A stretch of 64,000 nucleotides of DNA, from the NCBI GenBank assembly GCA_977020255.1, contig CDROCS010000253.1, forward strand, positions 620,001 through 684,000, written 5' to 3'. The notes beneath the pieces are model-generated. The model did no database searches. It saw nothing but the letters and a program-made list of their open reading frames with translations, and was not told where the DNA came from. Shown one piece after another: positions 10,105 through 20,531 of this stretch. Each line of letters begins with the position of its first letter. Positions within the stretch are counted from its first letter, which is position 1. The position numbers and the translations under genes are program-made. Origin of the DNA: Obrimoposthia wandeli. Its lineage: Eukaryota.

Positions 10105-10631
10105 TGACAACAGTTACTCCTAATACCACAGCACAAACAGCTGAGACAGCGCCAGAGTTAAGCCACCTAAACCAGCAAGGTGAAGCGAATATGGTCGATG
10201 TCACCGAAAAGGCCATGACATCACGTACCGCTACCGCGCAAGGTTTTATCAAAATGAACCGAGCGACCTTTGAGTTAATCACTACGGGTAAGCATAAAAA
10301 AGGCGATGTCTTTGCGGTTGCGCGAATTGCCGGTATTCAAGCAGCGAAAAAATGCAGTGATTTAATTCCTTTATGTCATCCTTTGATGCTCAGTAAGGTG
10401 CAAGTAGATTTCACCCTTGATAATGAAAACAGTCAAGTGCAAGTAAATAGCTTATGTCGCTTAACGGGACAAACTGGCGTTGAAATGGAAGCTTTAACGG
10501 CAGTTTCTATTGCTTGTTTAACCTTATTTGATATGTGTAAAGCGGCAGATCCTGCCATGATGATCCACGGTATTGAAGTCTTGACTAAAGAAGGCGGTAA
10601 GTCTGGTCATTGGCAAAGCCCGACAGCTTAA
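10104..10631 (+). CDS. moaC: Cyclic pyranopterin monophosphate synthase
   Basis: [20 protein letters not shown] and TGVEMEALT motifs; start placed at the TAATG overlap with moaB. Confidence 0.95.
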   Translation: MTTVTPNTTAQTAETAPELSHLNQQGEANMVDVTEKAMTSRTATAQGFIKMNRATFELITTGKHKKGDVFAVARIAGIQAAKKCSDLIPLCHPLMLSKVQVDFTLDNENSQVQVNSLCRLTGQTGVEMEALTAVSIACLTLFDMCKAADPAMMIHGIEVLTKEGGKSGHWQSPTA

Positions 10632-10658
10632 CTAAACTAAATTTTAAGAGAAAACATT

Positions 10659-10907
10659 ATGATTAAAATTGTTTTTTTTGCAGCACTCAGAGAGCAACTT
10701 GACTGTGCTGAACTGTCTTTAGCAGCTGATGACGCTAAAACAGTCGATGATATTAAGCAGTTATTAAGTGATAAAAATGAACAGTGGCAACAAACGTTCA
10801 GTAATACCTCACTTTTATCCGCGGTAAATCATGACATGGTTGATGGTAGTCACTTGGTAAAATCAGGTGATGAAGTCGCTTTCTTTCCACCAGTTACTGG
10901 AGGATAA
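10659..10907 (+). CDS. moaD: Molybdopterin synthase sulfur carrier subunit
   Basis: FFAALRE ... DEVAFFPPVTGG C-terminal Gly-Gly. Confidence 0.97.
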   Translation: MIKIVFFAALREQLDCAELSLAADDAKTVDDIKQLLSDKNEQWQQTFSNTSLLSAVNHDMVDGSHLVKSGDEVAFFPPVTGG

Positions 10908-10910
10908 GTG

Positions 10911-11393
10911 ATGTCCAATCCAAGTAATTTAAACGAAATAGCGATTCAGCAAGAAGATTTCAGCTTAGCTGATGAAGTTGCTTTACTTGAAAAAGATAAC
11001 CTAACGGATGGTGCGGTGGTTACGTTTACTGGCAGAGTTAGAAATAACAATAATGGTAATTCAGTCACTACTTTAACGCTTGAGCATTACCCAGGTATGA
11101 CAGAGAAATCACTCGCTAAAATTATTATTCATGCCAAAGAGCGCTGGAATATTGGTCGGGTAAAAGTTATTCACCGTATTGGCGAGCTCTGCATAGGTGA
11201 GCAAATTGTTTTCGTTGGCGTAACTAGTAAACATCGACAAGATGCCTTTGCTGCCAATGAGTTCATCATGGACTATTTGAAGGTTAAAGCACCCTTTTGG
11301 AAAAAAGAGAAAATTACCGACGCAGGGCAAGCCTCTGAAAACTGGTTAGATGCTAAAAACAGTGATACTGACAAAGCGGAGCTCTGGAGCTAA
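10911..11393 (+). CDS. moaE: Molybdopterin synthase catalytic subunit
   Basis: GAVVTFTGRVR, LEHYPGMTEK, HRIGEL and APFWKKE motifs. Confidence 0.96.
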   Translation: MSNPSNLNEIAIQQEDFSLADEVALLEKDNLTDGAVVTFTGRVRNNNNGNSVTTLTLEHYPGMTEKSLAKIIIHAKERWNIGRVKVIHRIGELCIGEQIVFVGVTSKHRQDAFAANEFIMDYLKVKAPFWKKEKITDAGQASENWLDAKNSDTDKAELWS

Positions 11394-11394
11394 G

Positions 11395-12273
11395 GTGTTA
11401 CGTCTGCTGTTAGTTTCGGTCTTAGTTATGGTTTTACTCGGCGTAAATAATAGCCAAGCGCAAGAAAGCACTAACAACCTAAATGACAACAGCAAGCCAC
11501 TGCGTATTGCTGTTGCCGCTAATTTCACACCCGTATTAAAAGTATTACTTAACGACTTCAGCAAACAAACAGGCATAAAAAGTCAAATCATTAGCGGTGC
11601 GAGTGGTGCCATGTTTTTACAAATTAAACATGGTGCTCCCTATGATATTTTTCTCAGTGCCGACAGCCGCCGCCCAAAAGAACTTGAGCAAGCGGGATAT
11701 GCCGTAAAAGATAGTCGTAAAACCTATGCTATCGGTCAATTAGCTTTATATTCGTCATCAATGAGTCCTAATTTACGCCCTAAGATAAACTCGCTTGAGC
11801 ACTCATCTATTGAAGAGCTGTTATCACTTGATGATCAGCTAAGCAAGCCAGCAGCACGCTTTGCTATTGCTAATCCAGATATCGCGCCGTATGGCAAAGC
11901 AGCAAAAGAAGCATTAACCCATTTAGGTTTATGGCAACGTTATCAGCCTCGGTTAATCAAAGGTATTAATATTGGCCAAACATTCGCACAATTACGTAGT
12001 AAAGCCGTTACCCTTGGTATTGTTGCTAATAGCCAATTAGTATTAAACCACTTACCCGGGGTCATTATTCCAACGAGTTATCACCAGCCTATTGAGCAGC
12101 AGTTAATTATCATTCGCGCAAGTAAGCAGCAAGTTAATGCTAAAAAATTAAGTGAATTTTTACTTTCTGCTCAGAGCCAAAAAACAATCGTCAGCTATGG
12201 TTACGCGCCAAATAAGCAAATAAAGCAAGTGAACAATACCAATAAAAAGTTAAACGAGTTAACGGCTAAATAA
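11395..12273 (+). CDS. modA: Molybdate ABC transporter periplasmic binding protein
   Basis: AVAANF, GASG, GAPYDIFLSAD and IANPDIAPYG motifs; start set at GTG 11395 after GGAG. Confidence 0.93.
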   Translation: MLRLLLVSVLVMVLLGVNNSQAQESTNNLNDNSKPLRIAVAANFTPVLKVLLNDFSKQTGIKSQIISGASGAMFLQIKHGAPYDIFLSADSRRPKELEQAGYAVKDSRKTYAIGQLALYSSSMSPNLRPKINSLEHSSIEELLSLDDQLSKPAARFAIANPDIAPYGKAAKEALTHLGLWQRYQPRLIKGINIGQTFAQLRSKAVTLGIVANSQLVLNHLPGVIIPTSYHQPIEQQLIIIRASKQQVNAKKLSEFLLSAQSQKTIVSYGYAPNKQIKQVNNTNKKLNELTAK

Positions 12274-12998
12274 TGAATTCAGACTTAACGGCACTAATCA
12301 CCACCTTAGAAATGGCGACATTAACCACCATCATTTTATTGATCATTGGCACCCCACTCGCTTGGACTCTGGCAAGAATGACCAGCCGATTTAAGGTTCT
12401 CATTGAAGCGGTAGTAGCATTACCGTTAGTGTTACCGCCAACAGTACTGGGCTTTTATTTACTTATCGCTTTTTCACCCGAACATTTACCCGGCCAACTA
12501 TGGCAACAAGCGATGGGACAACAGCTCGCCTTTAGTTTCTCAGCCATTGTTATTGGCTCCGTTTTATACTCTCTACCGTTTGTTGTACAGCCGTTACAAA
12601 AGGCTTTTGAACAATTGGGTGACTCTTTATTAGAAGCGGGTTCACTACTTGGCGCAGGTCCTATTGACCGATTTTTTTCTATTGTACTGCCGTTAACAAA
12701 AGCGAGTTTTATCACTGCAGCGAGCTTAGGTTTTGCTCACACGGTCGGCGAGTTTGGTATCATTTTGATGATTGGCGGTAATATTCCCGGCGAAACTCGG
12801 GTACTTTCTATCGCATTATTTGATCATGTTGAAGCCTTTGATTATACGCGAGCACACCTACTCGCCATCAGTTTATTAATCGGTTCCATGATATTGTTAG
12901 CGGCTATATATTGGTTAAATTTACCGAAAAAAAGTAGCCTAAAAAATAGAAGAGCTGAAGTAAAAGAGAAGCAAGAGGTACCTGCCAATTATGAGTAA
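12273..12998 (+). CDS. modB: Molybdate ABC transporter permease
   Basis: LPLVLPPTVLGFYLL and GFAHTVGEFG...GGNIPGET motifs. Confidence 0.95.
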   Translation: MNSDLTALITTLEMATLTTIILLIIGTPLAWTLARMTSRFKVLIEAVVALPLVLPPTVLGFYLLIAFSPEHLPGQLWQQAMGQQLAFSFSAIVIGSVLYSLPFVVQPLQKAFEQLGDSLLEAGSLLGAGPIDRFFSIVLPLTKASFITAASLGFAHTVGEFGIILMIGGNIPGETRVLSIALFDHVEAFDYTRAHLLAISLLIGSMILLAAIYWLNLPKKSSLKNRRAEVKEKQEVPANYE

Positions 12999-14130
12999 AC
13001 CTTCTCAACTCGACCTTAATATTAGCGTCAGTTATCAACAATTCGACTTAGCCATTCAGCTGCCAATACCATTAATTGGCATTACAGGTATTTTTGGCCA
13101 TTCAGCCTCGGGGAAATCCACCTTACTTCGCGCCATTGCCGGTTTGGAAAAAACACTTGTTGGTGAAATAACCGTAACTAATGCTAACCTTGCTGATAAA
13201 GTTTTAGACAGTAAAAGCTTAGTCAGTAAAACTTTAGTCAACAGTGAACAAGGTTATTACCTCAAACCCGAAGCGCGTCAAATTGGTTTGGTTTTTCAAA
13301 ATAGTCGCTTGTTTGAGCACTTATCAGTACTAGGCAACCTAGAATATGCGGTTAAGCGTTGTAAAAAAAGACAACTAGACTTGAACGAAATCATAGAGCT
13401 AACACAGTTAACAACTTTGCTTGAACACCAGGTCAATGAATTATCAGGCGGCCAACAGCAAAGAGTCGCCTTAGCAAGAGCCATTCTAGCCGAACCCAAG
13501 TTATTGCTGCTTGATGAGCCATTAAGCGCACTTGATCAACACAGCAAAACTCAGCTATTAAAAATGATACTTAACATTCAAAAGAAACTGAATTTACCTA
13601 TGTTGTATGTCAGCCATTCATTGGACGAATTACAACAAGTATGTGACAAGTTATTGGTCTTAGCAAAAGGTAAGGTCGTTAATTTTGGTAATATCCATCG
13701 AGTCATTCATCAGCTAAATAATTTTGGTGAAAATACACTTATTCATCAACAAACCAGCTTATCATTACCTATCAAGCAATTTAATAATGGCCATGGTTTG
13801 GCGGTATTATCACTAAACGCAGAACAAGACATTTACCTAACCAGTGATAAAGCCTTCGAAAACCAGACTCAGCTACGTTGCTTTATTTTGGCAAGTGATA
13901 TTAGTATTTCACTAACCGAACCAAATAATAGCTCCATTGTTAATCATCTCTTTGGCACAATAAAACAAATGAGCCATAAAGAAAACAAGGTTCTACTGAC
14001 TATTAACTGTGGCTCGCAAGAGTTTTTTGTCACTATCAGTGCCTTCTCTCAGCAAAAGTTAGCGCTAATCAGCAGACAGCAAGTCTATTTGCAGTTTAAA
14101 GCCAGTGCCGTACGTACTTTTATTCATTAA
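12991..14130 (+). CDS. modC: Molybdate ABC transporter ATPase
   Basis: Walker A GHSASGKST, LSGGQQQRVALARA, LLLLDEP; C-terminal TOBE-like region. Confidence 0.93.
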   Translation: MSKPSQLDLNISVSYQQFDLAIQLPIPLIGITGIFGHSASGKSTLLRAIAGLEKTLVGEITVTNANLADKVLDSKSLVSKTLVNSEQGYYLKPEARQIGLVFQNSRLFEHLSVLGNLEYAVKRCKKRQLDLNEIIELTQLTTLLEHQVNELSGGQQQRVALARAILAEPKLLLLDEPLSALDQHSKTQLLKMILNIQKKLNLPMLYVSHSLDELQQVCDKLLVLAKGKVVNFGNIHRVIHQLNNFGENTLIHQQTSLSLPIKQFNNGHGLAVLSLNAEQDIYLTSDKAFENQTQLRCFILASDISISLTEPNNSSIVNHLFGTIKQMSHKENKVLLTINCGSQEFFVTISAFSQQKLALISRQQVYLQFKASAVRTFIH

Positions 14131-14164
14131 CCTATACCTGACAATCAAGTAACGAGGAACACAC

Positions 14165-14914
14165 GTGTTAAGCAATCAAGAGCAACTAAAATACTCCCGA
14201 CAAATTATATTGGACAAAATTGGTAGCCAAGGACAAATCGCACTGCGTAACGCTAAAGTACTCATTTTAGGTGTGGGCGGTCTAGGTAATCCTGCGAGTT
14301 TATATTTAGCTGCCGCTGGAGTCGGTACACTCTATATCGCTGATGGTGATTGCATAGAACTCAGTAACTTACCCCGACAAATTCTCTTTAGTGAAGACAA
14401 TATTGATGAAAATAAAGCGGATGTAGCCGCTGAAAAATTACAGCAACAATTTCCCGATGTAACTATTGAAGCTATTGATGAAATGTTCGATGAAGAGTTA
14501 TGTGATTATTACCTGCCACAAGTAGACTTAGTACTCGATTGCTCTGACAACATCCAAACTCGCTACTTAATCAATCAAGCATGTGTGCAACATAAAGTGC
14601 CGCTAATAGTGGGTGCTGCTACAGGCTTTGATGGCCAACAATTAACTATAGACCCGCGTGATGAAACCAGTGCTTGTTATCACTGTCTTTTCCCCGCCAG
14701 TGAGAAAGCACCCACCAATAACTGCCAAACCATCGGCATTATTGGCCCAGTACTCGCTATGATTGCCGGTATGCAAAGCTTACAAGCCATTAAGCTGTTA
14801 ACCGGTAATAAAGTACAACTTAACCAGCTTAACTTACTTGATGGTTTAGCTAATCAATGGCAACAATTTACCATGAAAAAGCAAAAAAATTGCACCGTTT
14901 GTGGTTCAAATTAA
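14165..14914 (+). CDS. moeB: Molybdopterin-synthase adenylyltransferase (ThiF/MoeB family)
   Basis: YSRQIIL, GVGGLG, SNLPRQ, CYHC and CTVC motifs; last gene of the Moco operon; GTG start. Confidence 0.88.
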   Translation: MLSNQEQLKYSRQIILDKIGSQGQIALRNAKVLILGVGGLGNPASLYLAAAGVGTLYIADGDCIELSNLPRQILFSEDNIDENKADVAAEKLQQQFPDVTIEAIDEMFDEELCDYYLPQVDLVLDCSDNIQTRYLINQACVQHKVPLIVGAATGFDGQQLTIDPRDETSACYHCLFPASEKAPTNNCQTIGIIGPVLAMIAGMQSLQAIKLLTGNKVQLNQLNLLDGLANQWQQFTMKKQKNCTVCGSN

Positions 14915-14925
14915 CACTTGTTCCG

Positions 14926-15468
14926 TTAAAGATTCCCTAAACTAAATTGACAGTCGGCGCTGGAAAGGATTAATTCTGTGCCGTTTTCAGTCACCATTTC
15001 CTCCGCAATATCGACCCATTGGTAATAAACATTACGATGCACTTTCGCCAGTAAATTTCTGCGCACAGCCACATATAAATCACCATTGTCACTAACAGTC
15101 AACGGATGTTCTACATCTAGCAGAAACTCATCATCTAGGTTAGTACTAACTTGCATGACTGTTTTTTCTCCATCGAGCCAGCGCCACTGAGTCAATACAA
15201 ACGGCGCCTCATCCACTTTAATTTTTACCTTTTCAACTGGCGTCACTAAAAAATACTCTTCAACATCACTGTTTATTTCTTTAATGAGCACAGAGGCAAA
15301 TAACTTTACCAAAGGTAAACGTTTAAAAATACTGCCCCCGTAAAACCAATCACCATTGGCTTTTATCTGTATATCAATTTCACCACAATAAGGTGGGTTC
15401 CAAGACTCAACAGGCGGTAATGACTGCTGACTGCTAGCGAGCTGCTTTGATAATTTATCTAATGACAT
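14926..15468 (-). CDS. DUF1285-family protein
   Basis: PPVESWNPPYCGEIDIQIKANGDWFY, LVKLFASVL and LVTPVEK motifs; start moved to ATG 15468. Confidence 0.8.
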   Translation of the reverse strand: MSLDKLSKQLASSQQSLPPVESWNPPYCGEIDIQIKANGDWFYGGSIFKRLPLVKLFASVLIKEINSDVEEYFLVTPVEKVKIKVDEAPFVLTQWRWLDGEKTVMQVSTNLDDEFLLDVEHPLTVSDNGDLYVAVRRNLLAKVHRNVYYQWVDIAEEMVTENGTELILSSADCQFSLGNL

Positions 15469-15662
15469 TGTATAGAGAAACCTTAAAATTAGCCCTAATG
15501 GCTGAAACACGACAAGTTAACTATATTAAGCGATAAGTAAATTTGATTATAACTATTATCGTGCTAACTTAATGCTTGAAACATTTTTTTAACATTTATT
15601 TTACTAAAGCATCCGATTTATAGCTGATACCGTAAATGACCTTACAAGGAAAAGGACTTTTT

Positions 15663-17822
15663 ATGTCTCTAATTCTCTCAAAAACTAAGCTAAGCTTAAT
15701 TGTCTCCTCTGCCCTGCTTATCGCAGCATGCAGTAACCAACAAAATGACGCAACTAATACCATGGCCGATTTAACTGCCCCTATCGCTAAAAAAGTCCCA
15801 CATAAAATGGTTATTCATAACCATACTCGTGTCGATAACTATTACTGGATGCGTGATGATAGTCGCACTAACCCAGAAATTTTAGCGCATCTAGCCGCAG
15901 AGAATGATTATACAACAGCACAACTAAGTCATACCGAAGCGATGCAAGCGCAAATCTTTCAAGAGATCAAAGGCCGTATTGAAAAAGACGATAACTCAGT
16001 GCCAACCAAAAAAGGTGATTTTTACTATGCTAGTCAAATGCAAGGTGAAAATGAGTATCCAATCTACGTAAGATCAAGCGATTTCAAAGGCAGTAACCTT
16101 GAAGTATTACTTAACGTAAATGAATTAGCCAAAGCGCACGACTATTACCAAGTAAGTGGTTTAAGTGCTAGTCCAAATGGCAAGTTATTAGCTTACGGTG
16201 AAGATACCGTTAGCCGCCGCATTTATACGGTACAGTTCAAAGACATCGCTGGTAACACGCTACTTGATGATAAACTTAAAGGTACCAATGGTGGTATTGT
16301 TTGGGGTAATGACAATAAAACGGTTTATTACATCAAAAAAGATCCACAAACCTTATTAGGTTACCAAGTATTTCGTCACACGCTAGGCACGCCACAAGCT
16401 GATGATGAAATGATCTATGAAGAAAAAAATAAATCTTACTATACCAGCATTAGCAAATCTAAAGATGGCAGCAGTGTCTTTATTTTTCATTCAAGTACTG
16501 AAGCAAGTGGTGTATCAGTTATTGATGCCAATAACGCTAAATCAATGCCTAAAAAATTCATAACACGTGAAGAAGGTCATGAGTATTCAATCTCTAAGTT
16601 ACATGACTGGTATTACATCCATACTAACTGGCAAGCAACTAACTTTCGTTTAATGAAAGTGCATAAAAATCATCTTGGCGATAAAACACAATGGCAAGAT
16701 GTCATCAAAGCCAACGATACCGTTAAGCTTGAAAACTTTGAGTTATTTACCGACCATCTTGTTTATCAACAACGTGAAAAGGGCATTAGTCGAGTGACTA
16801 TTCAGCAACTTTCAACCGGTAAAGAACAACAACTCAGCTTTAATGACAGTGCATACAGCTTACATTTATATGGTAATAACGAATTAGCAAACAAAGCACT
16901 ACGCCTGTACTACTCGAGTTTTACTACGCCGGGTACACATTACGATGTGGACTTAACGACCTTCGATAAAACGCAATTAAAACAAACAAAAGTACTAGGT
17001 GACTTTGATAGCAAGAAATATGCCTCTGAGCGTATTTTTGTTAAAGCCCGTGACGGTAAACAAGTACCTGTGTCTTTGGTTTACCGTAAAGATAAATTCA
17101 AAAAAGATGGCACTAACCCATTATATCAATATGCCTATGGTTCGTATGGCCACACAATTGACCCCTCTTTTTCAGTGAGTCGTTTAAGTCTATTAGACCG
17201 TGGTTTTGTCTATGCCGTTGCCCATATTCGCGGCTCAGAAATGCTGGGTCGCCCTTGGTATGAAGACGGTAAGAAATTAACAAAGATGAATACCTTTACT
17301 GATTTCATTGATGTAACAAAAGACCTAACAGCACAAGGGTACGGCGATAAAGAAAATGTCTTCGCGGTTGGTGGTAGTGCTGGTGGTTTACTCATGGGCG
17401 CGGTCATTAACATGGCTCCGGAGCAATACAAGGGCATTGCCGCCGCAGTACCTTTTGTTGATGTAGTGACTACTATGCTTGATGAAAGTATTCCACTGAC
17501 AACCAATGAGTTTAAAGAATGGGGTAACCCAAAAGAAAAAACTTATTATGATTATATGTTGTCATATTCGCCTTATGATCAAGTGAAAGCACAAGACTAC
17601 CCTAACATTTTAGTTACTACAGGGTTACATGACTCGCAAGTGCAATACTTCGAGCCAATGAAGTGGGTTGCTAAGTTACGTGATTATAAAACCGATGATA
17701 ATGTACTATTGTTTAAAACTGATATGGAAGCGGGACACGGTGGTGCTTCTGGCCGCTTTAAACGTATTCATGATACAGCTTTACAATATAGCTTCTTCAT
17801 TGACTTGCTTAATAAGCGTTAA
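15663..17822 (+). CDS. ptrB: Oligopeptidase B (S9A) with lipoprotein signal peptide
   Basis: RVDNYYWMRD, GGSAGG (catalytic Ser), HDSQVQYFEPMKW and AGHGGASGRF motifs; N-terminal LIAAC lipobox. Confidence 0.9.
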   Translation: MSLILSKTKLSLIVSSALLIAACSNQQNDATNTMADLTAPIAKKVPHKMVIHNHTRVDNYYWMRDDSRTNPEILAHLAAENDYTTAQLSHTEAMQAQIFQEIKGRIEKDDNSVPTKKGDFYYASQMQGENEYPIYVRSSDFKGSNLEVLLNVNELAKAHDYYQVSGLSASPNGKLLAYGEDTVSRRIYTVQFKDIAGNTLLDDKLKGTNGGIVWGNDNKTVYYIKKDPQTLLGYQVFRHTLGTPQADDEMIYEEKNKSYYTSISKSKDGSSVFIFHSSTEASGVSVIDANNAKSMPKKFITREEGHEYSISKLHDWYYIHTNWQATNFRLMKVHKNHLGDKTQWQDVIKANDTVKLENFELFTDHLVYQQREKGISRVTIQQLSTGKEQQLSFNDSAYSLHLYGNNELANKALRLYYSSFTTPGTHYDVDLTTFDKTQLKQTKVLGDFDSKKYASERIFVKARDGKQVPVSLVYRKDKFKKDGTNPLYQYAYGSYGHTIDPSFSVSRLSLLDRGFVYAVAHIRGSEMLGRPWYEDGKKLTKMNTFTDFIDVTKDLTAQGYGDKENVFAVGGSAGGLLMGAVINMAPEQYKGIAAAVPFVDVVTTMLDESIPLTTNEFKEWGNPKEKTYYDYMLSYSPYDQVKAQDYPNILVTTGLHDSQVQYFEPMKWVAKLRDYKTDDNVLLFKTDMEAGHGGASGRFKRIHDTALQYSFFIDLLNKR

Positions 17823-17992
17823 TTAATTCAATTAACTTACATATCCTCTCCTGAGTTTACTTGGGTGAGGATAAATCCCCCTGACTTACTTCGCCTCTCA
17901 AACTTAGCTGCTCTGCGCTATTTACTAGAAACTCCCTTACTAATGACATTCGCGTTAATATTCTCTATATTGATACTATCTAAGGACTACCT

Positions 17993-18730
17993 ATGTACGT
18001 GTCAATGAAGACTTTCACCCCGATCTTTTTTATTAGTATGCTCTGTCTCAGTCATCAAAGTATTGCTGAGCATGCCTCAGATGCTCTACAAGTGAGAACC
18101 ATTGCAATTGCGCCTTATGGCATAGATAACTCAGGCGAGCTAAGCGGTATCTATTATGATCTAACGCATTCATTATTGATTAAAAGTGGCTTAGCGTCAG
18201 AGCACCATATATTCCCCTATGGCCGGATAATACATGAACTTAAGTTGGGCAAAACAGATATCACCATCATGTTTAAATATAAAGAGCTCGCCAATTATGT
18301 TGATTACATTTACCCTCTACCCGCCTTAAGAAATGTTGTTATTGGCCGCCATGGACATGATTACCAGAATATTACACAGTTGGAAGGCCTTAGCATTGCT
18401 TACCTAAATGGTGCACAATTTAGCGATGATGTAGACAATAATCCTAAAATTCACAAACAAATTGTTGTCGATTTTAAGCAAGGGTTATTAATGTTAAAAA
18501 AAGATAATGTTGATGCCATCATAGGACCAATGAAGCCAATTATCAGTGCTGCCAAAAAACTAGGCTTCAGTAATACCTTTTTTGGTAAACCGCTCATTGT
18601 TTCTGAACGCACTCCTTGGTTGCAGTTATCTAAACAAAGTAAAAGTCATATTTCCGCCGAAAAACTAAAAAAAATATTTAGCAAAATGATGACTCAAGGG
18701 ACATTAGAAAAAATTCAAAAAAAGTACTAA
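17993..18730 (+). CDS. Orphan periplasmic solute-binding protein (family 3-like)
   Basis: Signal peptide; PYG, FPYGRIIHELKLGKTD and LKKDNVDAIIG patterns; no transporter genes adjacent. Confidence 0.75.
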   Translation: MYVSMKTFTPIFFISMLCLSHQSIAEHASDALQVRTIAIAPYGIDNSGELSGIYYDLTHSLLIKSGLASEHHIFPYGRIIHELKLGKTDITIMFKYKELANYVDYIYPLPALRNVVIGRHGHDYQNITQLEGLSIAYLNGAQFSDDVDNNPKIHKQIVVDFKQGLLMLKKDNVDAIIGPMKPIISAAKKLGFSNTFFGKPLIVSERTPWLQLSKQSKSHISAEKLKKIFSKMMTQGTLEKIQKKY

Positions 18731-18778
18731 TAAAACCTCCTTGAATTGATTTATTCGCCTTTGAAATGGCAATCCGAT

Positions 18779-19030
18779 TATACCCATGATACTTCAAGAT
18801 GCGTGTGCGATTCATGATTGAGGCGCCTCTTTTTATTAAGGGTTATTCCCTTAAAAAGAGAGGCAACGAAGAGCATGATTTGCTCAGACATCCCCGTAGG
18901 CTGGTTTAGAAACGTTTTATGCTACGTTATTGATTTCGATAAGGGAATAACCATTATCTTCAATCAATGCCTTGCCTAAAGACGTTTATAATTCCAGCTG
19001 AATCCCGTATCTAGAGGTAACATGGGTATA
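18779..19030 (-). mobile_element. 252-bp ERIC-like MITE, reverse orientation relative to the 54355 copy
   Basis: TATACCCATGATACTTCAAGATGC...CATGGGTATA termini; interior aligns with the reverse complement of 54355-54669 apart from a missing 48-bp segment. Confidence 0.85.
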
Positions 19031-19122
19031 CTGTGTAAACTTATGTAATGTCGCTATTATCATCAATCATCTTTGATTACACTACCACCAAGAGTTATTT
19101 TTTAACATGAGTTAATCACTTT

Positions 19123-20529
19123 ATGATACGTCGATTTCGACTACTACTTCCATTACTTACCAGCGTATTTTTATACGCTTGTAGTAGCACTTCACAAGTA
19201 GATGAAAACCTAAAAGAGCTACCTCTTCCTCAAAATTGGCAAGACACTAAACAAGCCCTAGCCGTTGAACATAACTGGTTATCTGAACTTGATAATCCGC
19301 AAGTTCATCAATTAGTGAAAAAAGCCCTAAAAGCTAACCACCTATTTGCCATGCAAGCCTACTCACTGGACATAGCAGAACAGCAACTTATTGTTTCAGG
19401 CAGCCAGCTTTGGCCTGAACTTGATTTAGCCTTTCGTAGTGATCGTAATAAAGATAATCAAACCGACAGTTATTCAAACAGTAACTCGGTTAATTTAAAT
19501 TTAAGCTATGAAGTTGATCTCTGGGGCAAATTGTCTGACGCAGATCGCATCAGTAATTATAACTATCTAGCGCAAAAAGCGACTTTGGAACAGTATAAAC
19601 AACAACTCGTTGTGAACGTAATAACAACCTGGTTTCGTGTTATTGAAGCAGAGAAATTGTTAACACTTTATCGCAGTAGAGTCGAAAACTCTCAACAGAA
19701 TTTAGCTATTATTGAAGCCGGCTATAATTCCGGATTAACACCTGCACTTGATGTTTATTTAACGCGTAATGATTTGAATAATGAGCTAACCCGAGTTTCA
19801 GAACAAAAAACAGAGAAAACCCAATTAATTAGACAGCTTGAGCGTCTAATTGGGGAATATCCAAAAGGAGAGTTACTCGTCAATGCAAATTTACCACTGC
19901 TTACTACCGACATTCCTGTAGGTTTACCGTCCGAGTTAATCAGCCGAAAGCCTGAATTAAAAGCCAGCTGGTATCAACTTTTATCACAAGATGCCGGTCT
20001 AGCTTATGCACATAAACAACGTTTTCCTAGCATTATATTGTCAGGTTCAATCAGTGACTCTAACGCTGATATAGGTGATTTACTGTCAGGTTCTTCATTA
20101 GCATGGTCATTACTGGGCAGTGTTTCAGCCCCTATATTTAATGCTGGACGCCTTAAAGCAAATGAAGAAAAAGCCCGTATAGAGCTCAAACAAGGTGAAC
20201 AGTTATACCTTGATACTTTATATAACGCTTTTAGTGATGTTGAAAATGCTATTACCACTGAAAAAAACTTAAAACACAGTTATGACACCATGTTAGCCGC
20301 ACAAGAGAATGCAAAAATTGCTGCCACTTTATCGTTCGAACAATACCAAAGTGGTTTGGTTACCTATACCACAGTACTTGATGCACAAAAGCGCTCTTTT
20401 GAAGCACAAACAACGTTAATAAAAATTAAAAATCAGCTCATTGCCAATCGAATCAATTTACATCTTTCCTTGGGTGGCGACTTCACCACACCGTCACTTG
20501 CCTCATCACCTGCACCAAAGGCCAAATAA
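19123..20529 (+). CDS. RND efflux outer-membrane factor lipoprotein (OprM/NodT family)
   Basis: Lipobox LYAC; SYEVDLWG, GLPSELISRKPEL and HKQRFPSI motifs. Confidence 0.9.
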   Translation: MIRRFRLLLPLLTSVFLYACSSTSQVDENLKELPLPQNWQDTKQALAVEHNWLSELDNPQVHQLVKKALKANHLFAMQAYSLDIAEQQLIVSGSQLWPELDLAFRSDRNKDNQTDSYSNSNSVNLNLSYEVDLWGKLSDADRISNYNYLAQKATLEQYKQQLVVNVITTWFRVIEAEKLLTLYRSRVENSQQNLAIIEAGYNSGLTPALDVYLTRNDLNNELTRVSEQKTEKTQLIRQLERLIGEYPKGELLVNANLPLLTTDIPVGLPSELISRKPELKASWYQLLSQDAGLAYAHKQRFPSIILSGSISDSNADIGDLLSGSSLAWSLLGSVSAPIFNAGRLKANEEKARIELKQGEQLYLDTLYNAFSDVENAITTEKNLKHSYDTMLAAQENAKIAATLSFEQYQSGLVTYTTVLDAQKRSFEAQTTLIKIKNQLIANRINLHLSLGGDFTTPSLASSPAPKAK

Positions 20530-20531
20530 AC

